Positions 11,901 through 24,740 of a DNA stretch of 64,000 nt are shown piece by piece (the first letter of the stretch is position 1; each line of letters opens with the position of its first letter). A program made the translations under genes and the position numbers. Below the pieces are notes generated by a model. The model did not search any database. It was given only the letters and a program-made list of their open reading frames with translations, and was not told where the DNA came from. The DNA comes from Mobula hypostoma (lineage: Eukaryota). The DNA lies in assembly GCF_963921235.1 (NCBI RefSeq), contig NC_086101.1:558001-622000 (forward strand), given 5' to 3'.

Positions 11901-14300
11901 CCTTATACAATTATGTTGAAAAGTGGCCCTTTTTGATTTTTGCCCTGGATTTGCCGGCCTGCCACTTTTACTTTTCACCTTACTACTTTTTGCTTCTACC
12001 CTCAGTTTACACCCTTCTTTCTCTCTGCACTTTTTCCCATCCCCCTGTTGTGAACTAACCTTATCTCTCCTAGTCTCTTTAATTTGATTCCCCTCCCCCA
12101 ACCATTCTAGTTTAAAGTCACTTCAGTAGCCCTCGCAAATCTCCCCGCCAGGATATTGGTCCCCCTAAGATTCACGTGTAACCCGTCCTTTTTGTACAGG
12201 TCACACCTGCACCAAAAGAGGTCCCAATGATCCAAAAACTTGAATCCCTGCCCCCTGCTGCAATCCCTCAGCCACGCATTTATCCTCCACCTCATTGCAT
12301 TCCTACTCTCACTGTCGCGTAGCACAGGCAGTAATCCCGAGATTATTACCTTTGTAGTCCTTTTTCTCAACTCCCTTCCTCACTCCCTATATTCTCCTTT
12401 AAGGAACTCTTCCCCTTTCCTACCTATGTCATTGGTACCAATATGTACCACGACCTCTGGCTCCTCACCCTCCCACTTCAGGATATCTTGGACGCGATCA
12501 GAAATATCCCGGACCCTGGCACCAGGGAGGCAAACTGCCATCTGGGTCTCTGGACTGTGTCCACAGAATCGCCTATCTGACCCCCTCACTGTCGAGTCCC
12601 CTGTTACTACTGCCTTCCTCTTTCTTTCCCTACCCTTCTGAGCTACAGGGCCGGACCCTGTGCCGGAGGCATGGCCACTGTCGCTTCCCCCAGGTAAGCT
12701 GTTGCCCCCAACAGTACTCAAACAGGAGTACTTATTGTCAAGGGGCACAGCCACAGGGGTACTCTCTAGTACCTGATCCTTCCCCTTCCCCTTCCTAACC
12801 GTGACCCACTTCTCTGCCTCCCGTGGCCCCGGTGTGACCACCTGCCTGTAACTCCTCTATATCAACTCCTCAGTCTCCCTGACAAGACGAAGGTCATCGA
12901 GCTGCAGCTCCAGTTACCTAACGCGGTCCCTTAGGAGGTGCATCTCGGCGCACCTGGCGCAGATGTGGACGACAGGGAGGCTTGGAGACTCCAGGACCTC
13001 CCACATCCGGCACCAAGAACAAGCTGCCCTCACGCTCATACTGTCCCTCTCCTCAAATAACCACAAAAAATGAATACCAAACCTTCCTCGCCTAAGCCCG
13101 TTGGGCCGAAGCCCTTCAGCCTTCACTCTGCTCCCGGCTCACTCCACCGCCCGCAAACTACGCTGCCCACTGCCCGACTTCTCCAGTGCATTCAACACCA
13201 TCCGCCCTGCTCTGCTGGGGGAGAAGCTGACAGCGATGCAGGTGGATGCTTCCCTGGTATCATGGATTCTTGATTACCTGACTGGCAGACCACAGTAGGT
13301 GTGCTTGCAACACTGTGTGTCCGATAGAGTGATCAGCAGCACTGGGGTTCCACAGGGGACTGTCTTGTCTCCCTTTCTCTTCCCCACTTACACCTCCGAC
13401 TTCAACTACTGCACAGGGTTTTGTCATCTTCAGAAGTTTTCGGATGACTCTGCCATATTTGGATACATCAGCAAGGGAGATGAGGTTGAGTACAGGGCTA
13501 CGGTAGGAAACTTTGTCACATGGTGTGAGCAGAATTATCTGCAGCTTAATGTGAAAAAGACTAAGGAGCTGGTGGTAGACCTGAGGAGAGCTAAGGTACC
13601 GGTGACCCCTGTTTCCATCCAGGGGGTCAGTGTGGACATGGTGGAGGATTACAGATACCTGGGGCTACGAAGTGACAATAAACTGGACTAGTCAAAGAAC
13701 ACTGAAGCTGTCTACAAGAAGGGTCAGAGCCGTCTCTATTTCCTGAGGAGACTGAGGTCCTTTAACATCTGTCGGATGATGCTGAGGACGTTCTACGAGT
13801 CTGTGGTGGCCAGTGCTATCATGTTTGCTGTTGTGTGCTGGGGCAGCAGGCTCAGGGTAGCAGACATCAACAGAATCAACAAACTCATTCGTAAGGCCAG
13901 TGATGTTATGGGGATGGAACTGGACTCTCTGACGGTGGTGTCTGAAAAGAGGATGCTGTCCAAGTTACATGCCATCCTGGACAATGTCTCCCATCCACTA
14001 CATAATGTACTGGGTGGGCACAAGATTACATTCAGCCAGAGACTCATTCCACCGAGATGCAACACAGAGCGTCATAGGAAGTCATTCCTGCCTGTGGCCA
14101 TCAAACTTTACAACTCCTCCCTTGGAGGGTCAGACACCCTGAGCCAATAGGCTGGTCCTGGACTTATTTCATAATTTACTGGCATAATTCACATATTACT
14201 ATTGAACTATTTATGGTTTTATTACTATTTATTATTTATGGTGCAACTGTAACGAAACCCAGTTTCCCCCGTGATCAATAAAGTATGACTATGACTATGA
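8926..14300 (+). mobile_element. Rex1/Babar-like LINE, family a, 5'-truncated and split by CR1-C (8926-8977 and 13176-14300)
   Basis: Matches 43038-45058; RT motifs [31 protein letters not shown] plus (TATGAC)n tail at about 14277-14300; the two pieces rejoin as GTCATGTT...GACTTCTCC. Confidence 0.88.
8978..13175 (-). mobile_element. CR1 family C, near full length (about 4.2 kb): ORF1 with Cys motif and SGNH esterase, ORF2 APE-RT
   Basis: ORF1 fragments 12107-13040 (CSWC...CARC; GDS...CLPGAR...HIGTND...DGLH); ORF2 fragments 9070-12101; several frameshifts; (TTTCTATG)n tail. Confidence 0.93.
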
Positions 14301-17300
14301 GTATATATCAATCTCATCCATTTTTTAAAGTTAGTACCAAAGCTAAATTTCTCTAAAACTTTAAATAGATATTTCCACTCAACTCTATCAAATGCCCATT
14401 CAGCATCCAGAGAAACAACACATTGGGGAATCTTAGAGAGGGATGAGTATATAATATTTAACAATCTCCGAGTGTTAGAAAAAGAATAACGGCCTTTTAT
14501 AAAACCTGTTTGATCCTGAGAAATAATTTTAGCTAGTATATTCTCCATCCGATTAGCAATTATTTTTGAAAGAATTTTGGCATCCACATTTAATAATGAA
14601 ATAGGTCTATATGAAGCACAATCAGTAGGGTCTTTATCTTTCTTAAGAATTAAAAAAATAGAAGCTTCATAAAATGTGGAAGGTAACTCTCCTAGCAGAA
14701 GATAATCTTCAAGCATTTCCAACATATAAGCAAATCTTACTCAGCAAATCTTCAAATTTTTTATAAAATCCTACAGTAAAACCATCCAATCCAGGAGCTT
14801 TACCAGATTGCATTGAAAGAATAGTTTTCTGAATTTCTCTTTCAGCAAAAGGAGCATCAAGAATTTGCTGATCTTCAACAGATATTCTAGGATAATCAAT
14901 CTTTTGTAAAAAGGCATACATATTAGAAGGGTCAGCTGGAAACTGAGATTTATAGAGATCACTGTAATAGTCTTGAAAAATTTTATTAATATCTTCATAA
15001 TTACAAGCTAAACTACCATCTCTCTTACGATTTTAAAAAATTTGTCTTTTAGCTCTAACTGCTTTAAGTTGAGATGCTAATAGCTTGTTTCTTTTATCTC
15101 CAAACATATAAATTTGACTTTTTAATTTAAGCAAATTTCTCTCAATAGGATAAGTTAATAATAAATTATATTATGATTGAAGTTCAACCCTTTGTTTAAG
15201 TAAATTAACATTAGGAGAAACTGCATAAGTGATATCCAGGTCTTTAATTAGTTTTGAAATTCTATCTAACTCTATTTTTGTCTGTTTCTTGAGTTTAGCC
15301 AAATAAGATATTATCTGACCTCGCAAATATGCCTGAAGTGTATCCCATATAATCAATTTCGAGACATCTCCCGTATTATTAAGAAGAAAGAAATCTTTTA
15401 TTTGAATCTCTATAAATTTAACAAAGTCCGAACTTTGTAATAAATTTTCTGGAAAGCGCCAAGGCAAGGCAAGTTTACATTACTAACATCATTGAACTCA
15501 AAAGTTAAGCTTAAAGGCGCATGGTCCGAGACTGCAATAGCATCATATTCACATTTCTGGACTTTAGACAAAAATCGGAAATCAGCTATAAAATAATCAA
15601 TTCTCGAATATTTATTATGAACACGTGAATAGAAAGAATAATCTCTGTCATTAGGATGTAAATTTCTCCAGGTTTCTATCAAACCATAATCAATTAATAA
15701 GGAATTAATAAGTGTTGCCGAACAACTCGGAAGCTGCTGATTGGTTGAACTCCTGTCATCAAAGGATTTAAGCAACAGTTGAAGTCTTCTCCCATCAGCA
15801 GCTTATATTCATTTAAGTCTGGTAGTAAACCAAATACATTTTTAAAAAAAGAAGGATCATCTACATTAGGGCCGTATAGATTAACCAGGACAATTTTTCT
15901 ATAATAAATTGTTCCTTTAATAATTAAAAATCTACCATTATTATCTGAGACAATGTCTTCTTGAATAAATAAAATATTAGATTTAATAAAAATAGATACT
16001 CCCTTTATTTTATTTTGACAATTAGCATGGTATTGAAGGCCCTTCCATGTTTTAAAATATCTATTTTCGTCTCCCGTTCTGATATGCGTTTCTTGAATAA
16101 AAATTATATCGGGCTGGAATCGAATAATAACTTTAAAAGTCTTACTTTGCTTAATAGGGTGATTCCAGCCACGTACATTCCAACTAATAACGTTGATCTG
16201 TTTAAGTACCATTTGATATTATTGTTAAACACGACAATACACACATTCCATCGGGGGCTAATCAAAGATGGCGGTGATGAATATAAACAAATGGAAAACA
16301 CGCATGCTCCGGAACTCCATAATGGGAAAAAATACAGGGAGTGTGTGTGACAAACAATAAAGTTCCACAATAAACCCCAAAATACAAAAGTACTCCCAAA
16401 CCTGCCACCAACCCCAAAGAAGGAAATCCGGCAAAAGTGAAAAAAAGCCGGAACGCATCCCCAAGAAGAAAAGCGTAAGAACGGATTCCGCGTACCGCTC
16501 AATTGAAATAATGATTAAAAGTTTTTTCTCCTAATTCCCCCCCCCTTACAAAGAGAATACGTAACCTTAAGATAAGAAAGCCCAGCAAAGAAGAAAAAAA
16601 ATGTTTATACTTAATCATTGAAAATAAACGAGGGAATGCGAAAACAGTCTCCAAAGACGCCAAAGCAATACTATTAACCCAAACAGTTTAATCTCTAAAG
16701 AGAGAAAAGCAGCGCCATTATTCTTTAACTTACTACCTTATTTAACAAAAGAACTAAAGCTAATTATCTATTACTAAACACTCCATAAGTCTATATAAAC
16801 TGTAAGCAAAATATCACTTAATTAATAAAGAAAAAGAAAAAAATAGAAACAGATAACCAAACCAGTTCACAATCTATCCGCTGTATTAATTCACTCCGTA
16901 TACTAAATAGTCTTCAAAAAAAAGTAATTCTTTAGTCAAACCAAGAAGATCACCTCTTCTTTAAGTAATCTATCGATCAAAGGATATCTTCAGCATACCG
17001 AAATCTTCAAAGCCTGTTTTCTTTCAGAAAATTATTCAGAAACTCTAATATCCTTCATACATCAGCCGATTCCACAATAGAGTTGACAAAATCCGATGCC
17101 GTTTGGGGATCCAAGAAGACACGAGGGGTAGAATGTTTAGGAAATAACTTTAATCTCGCTGGATATCTCAGGGATTGAAAGAGTCTTTCTTGTGAGCGAT
17201 CTTCATGACCGATATAAATTTGATCCGTTGTTCCATAACTTCCTGTGGATAATCTTCAAAAAAACGGATCTCGGAACCGTTAAATTTAAAAGCTTCCTGT

Positions 17301-17436
17301 TTTCTTGCACATTTTATGATTTGGTCTTTAACTTTAAAGCGAAGAAAGCTGACTAAAATTGGTCGAGCTTTATCTGACGAAATGAAAATTCTGTGAGCTC
17401 TTTCAATATCGGGAAACTGAGATAGAATATCCGGAA

Positions 17437-17656
17437 CACACATCAAAGTTGCTGGTGAACGCAGCAGGCCAAGCAGCATCTGTAGGAAGAGGTGCAGTCG
17501 ACGTTTCAGGCCGAGACCCTTCGTCAGTCCTGAAGGGTCTCGGCCTGAAACGTCGACTGCACCTCTTCCTACAGATGCTGCCTGGCCTGCTGCGTTCACC
17601 AGCAACTTTGATGTGTGTTGCTTGAATTTCCAGCATCTGCAGAATTCCTGTTGTTT
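17437..17656. mobile_element. Penelope pLTR-derived palindromic insert (88-bp inverted arms) with 14-bp TSD
   Basis: Arms 17435-17522 and 17532-17619 are reverse complements with 1 mismatch; TAGAATATCCGGAA duplicated at 17423-17436 and 17657-17670; the arm closely matches the Penelope end at 42921-43008. Confidence 0.9.
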
Positions 17657-17846
17657 TAGAATATCCGGAAACAGAGTTTGAAACAGTTTGGCAAAATAAT
17701 CCAATAAATTCCCATTCTCGGAGCCTTCTTGAGGACCCACAATACGAATGTTGTTCCTACGCAATCTTGCATCTAAATCGACAATTTTGCGTTGAGCCTG
17801 TTCCAATCGGGTTGAAATATCCACAATCTGACGTTTCGATTCTTTA

Positions 17847-19076
17847 ATAGAACATAGAATAGTACAGCACAGTACAGGCCCATTGCCCCACAATGTTGTA
17901 CCGACCCTCAAACCCTGCCTCCCATATAAGCCCCCACCTTAAATTCCTTCATATACCTGTCTAGTAGTCTCTTAAACTTCACTAGTGTATCTGCCTCCAC
18001 CACTGACTCAGGCACTGACACCAACCACCCTCTGAGTAAAAAAATCTTCCTCTAATATCCCCCTTGAACTTCCTACCCCTTACCTTAAAGCCATGTCCTC
18101 TTGTATTGAGCAGTAGTCCTCTTATTATCTTGTACACCTCTATCATGTCTCCTCTCATCCTTCTTCTCTCCAAAGAGTAAAGCCCTAGCTCCCTTAATCT
18201 CTGATCATAATGCATACTTTCTAAACCAAGCAGCATCCTGGTAAATCTCCTCTGTACCCTTTCCCATGCTTCCACATCCTTCCTGTAGTCAGGTGACCAG
18301 AACTGGACACAGTACTCCAAGTGAAGCCTAACCAGAGTTTTATAGAGCTGCATCATTACATCGCGACTCTTAAACTCTATCCCTCAACTTATGAAAGCTA
18401 ACACCCCATAAGCTTTCTTCACAACCCTATGCACCTGTGAGGCAACTTTCAGGGATCTGTGGACATGTACCCCGAGATCACTCTGCTCCTCCACACTACC
18501 AAGTATCCTGCCATTTACTTTGTACTCTGCCTTGGAGTTTGTCCTTCCAAAGTGTACCACCTCACACTTCTCCACGTTGAACTCCATCTGCCACTTCTCA
18601 GCCCACTTCTGCATCCTATCAATGTCTCTCTGCAATCTTTGACAATCCTCTACACTATCTACAACACCACCAACCTCTGTGTCGTCTGCAAACTTGCCAA
18701 CCCACCCTTCTACCCCCACATCCAGGTCGTTAATAAAAATCACGAAAAGTAGAGGTCCCAGAACAGATCCTTGTGGGACATCACTCGTCACAATCCTCCA
18801 ATCTGAATGTACTCCTTCCAGCATGACCCTCTGCCTGCTGCAGGCAAGCCAATTCTGAATCCACCTGGCCAAACTTCCCTGGATTCCATGCCTTCTGACT
18901 TTCTGAATAAGCCTACCGTGTGGAACCTTGTCAAATGCCTTACTAAAATCCATATAGATCACATCCACTGCCTGGTCACCTCCTCAAAGAACTCTGTCAG
19001 GCTTGTTAGACACGATCTGCCCTTCACAAACCCAAGCTGACTGTCCCTGATCAGACCATGATTCTCTAAATGCCTA
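17847..19076 (-). mobile_element. CR1 family A, 5'-truncated
   Basis: Near-identical to 21-1320; ORFs 17982-18356 and 18384-18968; tail at 17847. Confidence 0.92.
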
Positions 19077-19629
19077 GAGTATTGTGTGCAGTTTTGGTCC
19101 CCTAATCTGAGGAAAGACGTTCTTGCCATAGAGGGAGTACAAAGAAGGTTCACCAGATTGATTCCTGGGATAGCAGGACTTTCATATGATGAAAGACTGG
19201 ATCGACTCGGCTTATACTCTCTGGAATTTAGAAGATTGAGGGGGGATCTTATTGAGACGTATAAAATTCTAAAGTGATTGGACAGGCGAGATGCAGAAAG
19301 ATTGTTCCCGATGTTGGGGAAGTCCAGAACGAGGGGTGACAGTTTTATGATAAAGGGGAAGCCTTTTAGGACCGAGATAAGGAAAAACTTCTTCACACGG
19401 AGACTGGTGAATCTGTGGAATTCTTTGCCACAGGAAACAGTTGAGGCTAGTTCATTGGCTATATTTAAGAGGGAGTTAGATATGGCCCTTGTGGCTAAAG
19501 TGATCAGGGGGTATGGAGGGAAGGCTGGTACAGGGTACTGAGTTGGATCATCAGCCATGATCGTACTGAATGGCGGCGCAGGATTGAAGGGCCGAATGGT
19601 CTACTCCTGCACCTATTTTCTATGTTTCT
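19073..19629 (+). mobile_element. CR1 family C 3' end
   Basis: QFWSPNLRKD... C-terminus, 3' UTR and TTTCTATG tail; joined to the previous element at CCTA. Confidence 0.9.
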
Positions 19630-19906
19630 TTGTGGCTTCATACTGGGGGAGCAGCATCGGTGCTGGTGAGGCAAAAAGACAAAATAATCTCATCTAAATG
19701 GTTGGAACCGTCCTTGGACAAAACCGGGGCTCTTTCGAGGTCGCGGTGGAGACGAGATCACTAAACAAATGGTCTTCCATTGCGGACAATCGGGCACGTC
19801 CTCTCCATGACCTACTGCATCGGCAGTGGAGCACCCTTTCGCACAGACTCACTCAGCACCGCTGTCACAAGAATCGTTACAGAAAATTTTTCCTATCAAA
19901 TGTAAT

Positions 19907-22336
19907 ATAGAAACATAGAAACATAGAAAATAGGTGCAGGAGTAGGCCATTCGGCCCTTCGAGCCTGCACCGCCATTTATTATGATCATGGCTGATCATC
20001 CAACTCAGAACCCCGCCCCAGCCTTCCCTCCATACCCGCTGATCCCAGTAGCCACAAGGGCCATATCTAACTCCCTCTTAAAGATAGCCAATGAACCGGC
20101 CTCAACAGTTTCCTGTGGCAGAGAATTCCACAGATTCACCACTCTCTGTGTGAAGAAGTTTTTCCTAATCTCGGTCCTAAAAGGCTTCCCCTCTATCCTC
20201 AAACTGTGACCCCTCGTTCTGGACTTCCCAACATCGGGAACAATCTTCCTGCATCTAGCCTGTCCAATCCCTTTAGGATCTTATACGTTTCAATCAGAAC
20301 CCCCCTCAATCTTCTAAATTCCAATGAGTACAAGCCCAATTCATCCAGTCTTTCTTCATATGAAAGTCCTGCCATCCCAGGAATCAATCTGGTGAACCTT
20401 CTTTGTACTCCCTCTATGGCAAAGATGTCTTTCCTCAGATTAGGGGACCAAAACTGCACACAATACTCCAGGTGTGGTCTCACCAAGGCCTTGTACAACT
20501 GCAGTAGTACCTCCCTGCTCCTGTACTCGAATCCTCTCGCTATAAATGTCAGCATACCATTCACCTTTTTCACCACCTGCTGTACCTGCATGCCCACTTT
20601 CAATGACTGGTGTATAATGACACCCAGGTCTCGTTGCACCTCCCCTTTTCCTAATCGGCTACCATTCAGATAATAATCTGTTTTCCTATTTTTGCCACCA
20701 AAGTGGATAACTTCACATTTATACACATTAAATTGCATCTGCCATGAATTTGCCCACTCACCCAACCTATCCAAGTCACCCTGCATCCTCTTAGCATCCT
20801 CCTCACTGCTAACACTGCCACCCAGCTTCGTGTCATCGCAAACTTGGAGATGCTGCATTTAATTCCCTCATCCAAGTCATTAATATATATTGTAAACAAC
20901 TGGGGTCCCAGCACTGAGCCTTGCGGTACCCCACTAGTCACCGCCTGCCATTCTGAAAAGGTCCTGTTTATTCCCACTCTTTGCTTCCTGTCTGCTAACC
21001 AGTTCTCCACCCACATCAATACCTTACCCCCAATACCGTGTGCTTTAAGTTTGCACACTAATCTCCTGTGTGGGGCTTTGTCAAAAGCTTTTTGAAAATC
21101 CAAATATACCACATCCACTGGTTCTCCCCTATCCACTCTACTAGTTACATCCTCAAAAAATTCTATGAGATTCGTCAGACATGATTTTCCTTTCACAAAT
21201 CCATGCTGACTTTGTCCGATCATTTCACCGCTTTCCAAATGTGCTGTTATCACATCCTTGATAACTGACTCCAGCAGTTTCCCCACCACCGACGTTAGGC
21301 TAACCGGTCTATAATTCCCCGGTTTCTCTCTCCCTCCTTTTTTAAAAAGTGGGGTTACATTAGCCACCCTCCAATCCTCAGGAACTAGTCCAGAATCTAA
21401 CGAGTTTTGAAAAATTATCACTAATGCATCCACTATTTCTTGGGCTACTTCTTTAAGCACTCTAGGATGCAGACCATCTGGCCCTGGGGATTTAGCTGCC
21501 TTCAATCCCTTCAATTTACCTAACACCACTTCCCTACTAACATGTATTTCGCTCAGTTCCTCCATCTCACTGGACCCTCTGTCCCTTTCTATTTCTGGAA
21601 GATTATTTATGTCCTCCTTAGTGAAGACAGAACCAAAGTAATTATTCAATTGGTCTGCCATGTCCTTGCTCCCCATAATCAATTCACCTGTTTCTGTCTG
21701 CAGGGGACCTACATTTGTCTTTACCAGTCTTTTCCTTTTTACATATCTATAAAAGCTTTTACAGTCCGTTTTTATGTTCCCTGCCAGTTTTCTCTCATAA
21801 TCTTTTTTCCCCTTCCTACTTAAGCCCTTTGTCCTCCTCTGCTGAACTCTGAATTTCTCCCAGTCCTCAGGTGAGCCACTTTCTCTGGCTAATTTGTATG
21901 CTTCTTCTTTGGAATTGATACTATCCCTAATTTCTCTTGTCAGCCACGGGTGCACTACCTTCCTTGATTTATTCTTTTGCCAAACTGGGATGAACAATTG
22001 TTGTAGTTCATCCATGCAACCTTTAAATGCTTGCCATTGCATATCCACCGTCAATCCTTTAAGTGTCATTTGCCAGTCTATCTTAGCTAATTCACGTCTC
22101 ATACCTTCAAAGTCACCCCTCTTTAAGTTCAGAACCTTTGTTTCTGAATTAACTATGTCACTCTCCATCTTAATGAAGAATTCCACCATATTATGGTCAC
22201 TCTTACCCAAGGGGCCTCTCACGACAAGATCGCTAACTAACCCTTCCTCATTGCTCAAAACCCAGTCCAGAATAGCCTGCTCTCTAGTTGGTTCCTCGAC
22301 ATGTTGGTTCAAAAAACCATCCCGCATACATTCCAA
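19907..22336 (-). mobile_element. CR1 family C, 5'-truncated
   Basis: ORFs 20666-22351, 20199-20858 and 20005-20202; near-identical to 8985-11400. Confidence 0.93.
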
Positions 22337-22362
22337 TATACAACAGTTCATCTGCTAATCTA

Positions 22363-23211
22363 CCACCCACAGCTCTAATCTGCGAATTAAATCTGCCGAC
22401 AACACTGGATTGATTGGCCTAATGTCAAACAATAATGAGGTGGCCTACAAGGAAGAAATCATCTCTCTGACACAATGGTGTCAGGAAAACAGCCTCTCCC
22501 TGAATGTCGAAAAAATCAAGGGAGCTGGTTGTGGATTACAGGAGGAATGGAGACGGGCTAACCCTATTGACATCAATGGATCTGGCGTTGAGAGGGTGAA
22601 CAGTTTTAAATTCCTCAGGATCCTCGTCACCGAGGACCTCACGTGGTCTGTACGCACAAGTTGTGCGGTGGAACAGGCACAACAGCGCCTCTTTCACCTC
22701 AGACGGCTGAGGAAGTTTGGTATGGGCCCCCAAAAGCTTAGAACTTTCTACAAGAGCACAACTGAGAGCATCCTGACTGGCTGCATCACTGCCTGGTATG
22801 GGAACTGTACCTCCTTTAATCGAAGGATTCTGCAGAAAGTGGTGCGCACAGCCAAGTGCATCTGTAACTGTGGACTTCCCACGATTCAGGAAATTTACAA
22901 AGGCAGGTGTGTAAAAAGGGTCCGCAGGATCACTGGGCACCCGAGTCACCTCAACCACAATCTGTTCCAGCTGCTACCATCGGGGCAACGCTACCGCAGC
23001 ATAAAAGCCAGGACCAACAGGCTCCGGGACAGCTTCTTCCACCAGGAATCAGACGGCTGAACTCACGCTGATTTGAGTGTATTTCTATGTTGCATTGACT
23101 GTTCTGTTTATTATAAATTACTATGATTGCAGATTGCTCATTTAAACGGAGGCGTAACGTAATTTTTTTTACTCCACATGTTTGTGAAGGATGTAAGAAA
23201 TAAAGTCAATT
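22363..23211 (+). mobile_element. Rex1/Babar-like LINE 3' part, family b
   Basis: ORF 22410-23060 (WCQENSLSLNV, QQRLFHLRRL, TESILTGCITAWYGN, RTNRLRDSFF); AATAAAGTCAAT end. Confidence 0.85.
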
Positions 23212-23432
23212 GCATATATCTTTCTGCGATAGATCATAGTTCAATAGTCTCTGCAATTGTTTCATACGTTATTATTGCACATTGGTACCGTATTATTGTC
23301 TATATAATTATTCTCGACTTTATTTTTTGTTAAGTCTGCACACCGCTAAGTGTGATTTTAAATATTGCTGCTGTAACGAAAGAATTTCCCACTCGGGATA
23401 AATAAAGTATTTATTATTATTATTATTATTAT

Positions 23433-23675
23433 TTTCCAGCCCTATATCTCGTTCACCAATCAACTTCACAGCTCTTGACTTTACTCCTCCCCCTCTCCCG
23501 TTTTCAGTCCCCCACATTCTGACTCCCTCCCTTCCTTTCCAGTCCCGACGAAGGGTCTCGGTCTGAAACGCTGACTGTTCACTCCTCTGCATAGCTGCTG
23601 CCTTCCCCCCGGAGTTCCTCCAGCATTTTGCGTGAGTTGCTTTGGATTTCCGCATCTGCCGATAGTCTCCTGTTT
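23433..23675 (+). mobile_element. Penelope-like pLTR fragment with degenerate hammerhead motif (23540-23577)
   Basis: Homologous to 42790-43008 and 17532-17656; CAGTC-CCGACGA-AGGGTCTCGGTCT-GAAA-CGCT-GACTG. Confidence 0.75.
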
Positions 23676-24234
23676 AAACAAATGCGCATGCGTGGACGTC
23701 GTGCTCAGGCCCGAATACCGCGCATGCGCTGAGAACAGGAGACGCTCACGAAAGCGGATCCAGGTAAGAGCCAGCTCCGGGCGGGAAAACCATAATCACC
23801 GGCGTCTGAAACGCGACCGAAAGACAATTACTGTGATTTCCCGGTACACTGGTGCTGCACCCCACGACGGTCCTGGTCCATTCCCTCTCTCTCAGCCCCA
23901 AGATCCGGACCCGGGCCCGAGGGAGCTTTTGACTCATGGACCCTGATGCAGCCATCGGCAGTTTTGCGGCGCATGCGTATTCCTGCATTTTTTGGATGGC
24001 GGATAGAGAGGTTTCTCATCCTGAAGGCTTCTGGGTAAAGAGGCAGCCATAGGCGATAGTACTGGCGTTGTCCCGTACAGTCGAAGGAAATGGGAGCGGA
24101 TGTACCTCCCAAACACTGCCGATCTCCAGCTATGTAAATCCGAGGATTATGAACTCGGAACAAAAATATGGTTCCCAGTTAATTTCGGTTGAAAAGTTTA
24201 CCTTCCAGTCAGTGAGAATGTCAATTAGTGCAGT
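23676..24234 (+). promoter_or_regulatory. CpG-island-like promoter with three NRF1-type GCGCATGCG motifs and a splice donor (CAG|GTAAGA, GT at 23764)
   Basis: CpG-rich non-TE segment; GCGCATGCG at 23684, 23720 and 23969; consensus donor follows the first two motifs. Confidence 0.7.
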
Positions 24235-24740
24235 ATAGAAACATAGAAAATAGGTGCAGGAGTAGGCCATTCGGCCCTTCGAGCCTGCACCGCCATTTAT
24301 TATGATCATGGCTGATCATCCAACTCAGAACCCCGCCCCAGCCTTCCCTCCATACCCCCTGACCCCTGTAGCCACAAGGGCCATATCTAACTCCCTCTTA
24401 AACATAGCCAATGAACTGGCCTCAACAGTTTCCTGTGGCAGAGAATTCCACAGATTCACCACACTCTGTGTGAAGAAGTTTTTCCTAATCTCGGTCTTAA
24501 AAGGCTTCCCCTCTATCCTCAAACTGTGACCCCTCGTTCTGGTCTTCCCCAACATCGGGAACAATCTTCCTGCATCTAGCCTGTCCAATCCCTTTAGGAT
24601 CTTATACGTTTCAATCAGATCCCCCCTCAATCTTCTAAATTCCAACGAGTACAAGCCCAGTTCATCCAGTCTTTCTTCATATGAAAGTCCTGCCATCCCA
24701 GGAATCAATCTGGTGAACCTTCTTTGTACTCCCTCTATGG
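24235..24740 (-). mobile_element. CR1 family C 3' end
   Basis: ORF 24325-24708; near-identical to 19915-20420. Confidence 0.92.

Larger units (their letters stand above)
7491..17846 (-). mobile_element. L1/Tx1-clade LINE, disrupted (pieces 7491-8920 and 14301-17846), with nested inserts
   Basis: ORF1 part (RRNNIRIVG...IERAHR...FFEDYP), APE start at 16212 (ISWNVRG, FIQETH, NLYGPN, SRIDY, SDHAP), RT (YRPISLLNVDAKIL, RGTRQGCPLSPLLF, LYADD); AT-rich; many frameshifts. Confidence 0.9.
19630..23432 (+). mobile_element. Old Rex1/Babar-like 3' fragment, family d (19630-19907 and 23211-23432)
   Basis: WGSSI...RCHKNRYRKFFL resembles the Rex1 C-terminus at 13776-14150; distal piece has a Rex-type 3' UTR (GAATTTCCC...GGGATAAATAAAGTA) and an (ATT)n tail. 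Confidence 0.7.

Noticed and set aside
23632..24163. Short ORFs in the CpG-rich segment
   Set aside because: No recognisable domain; expected by chance in GC-rich DNA.
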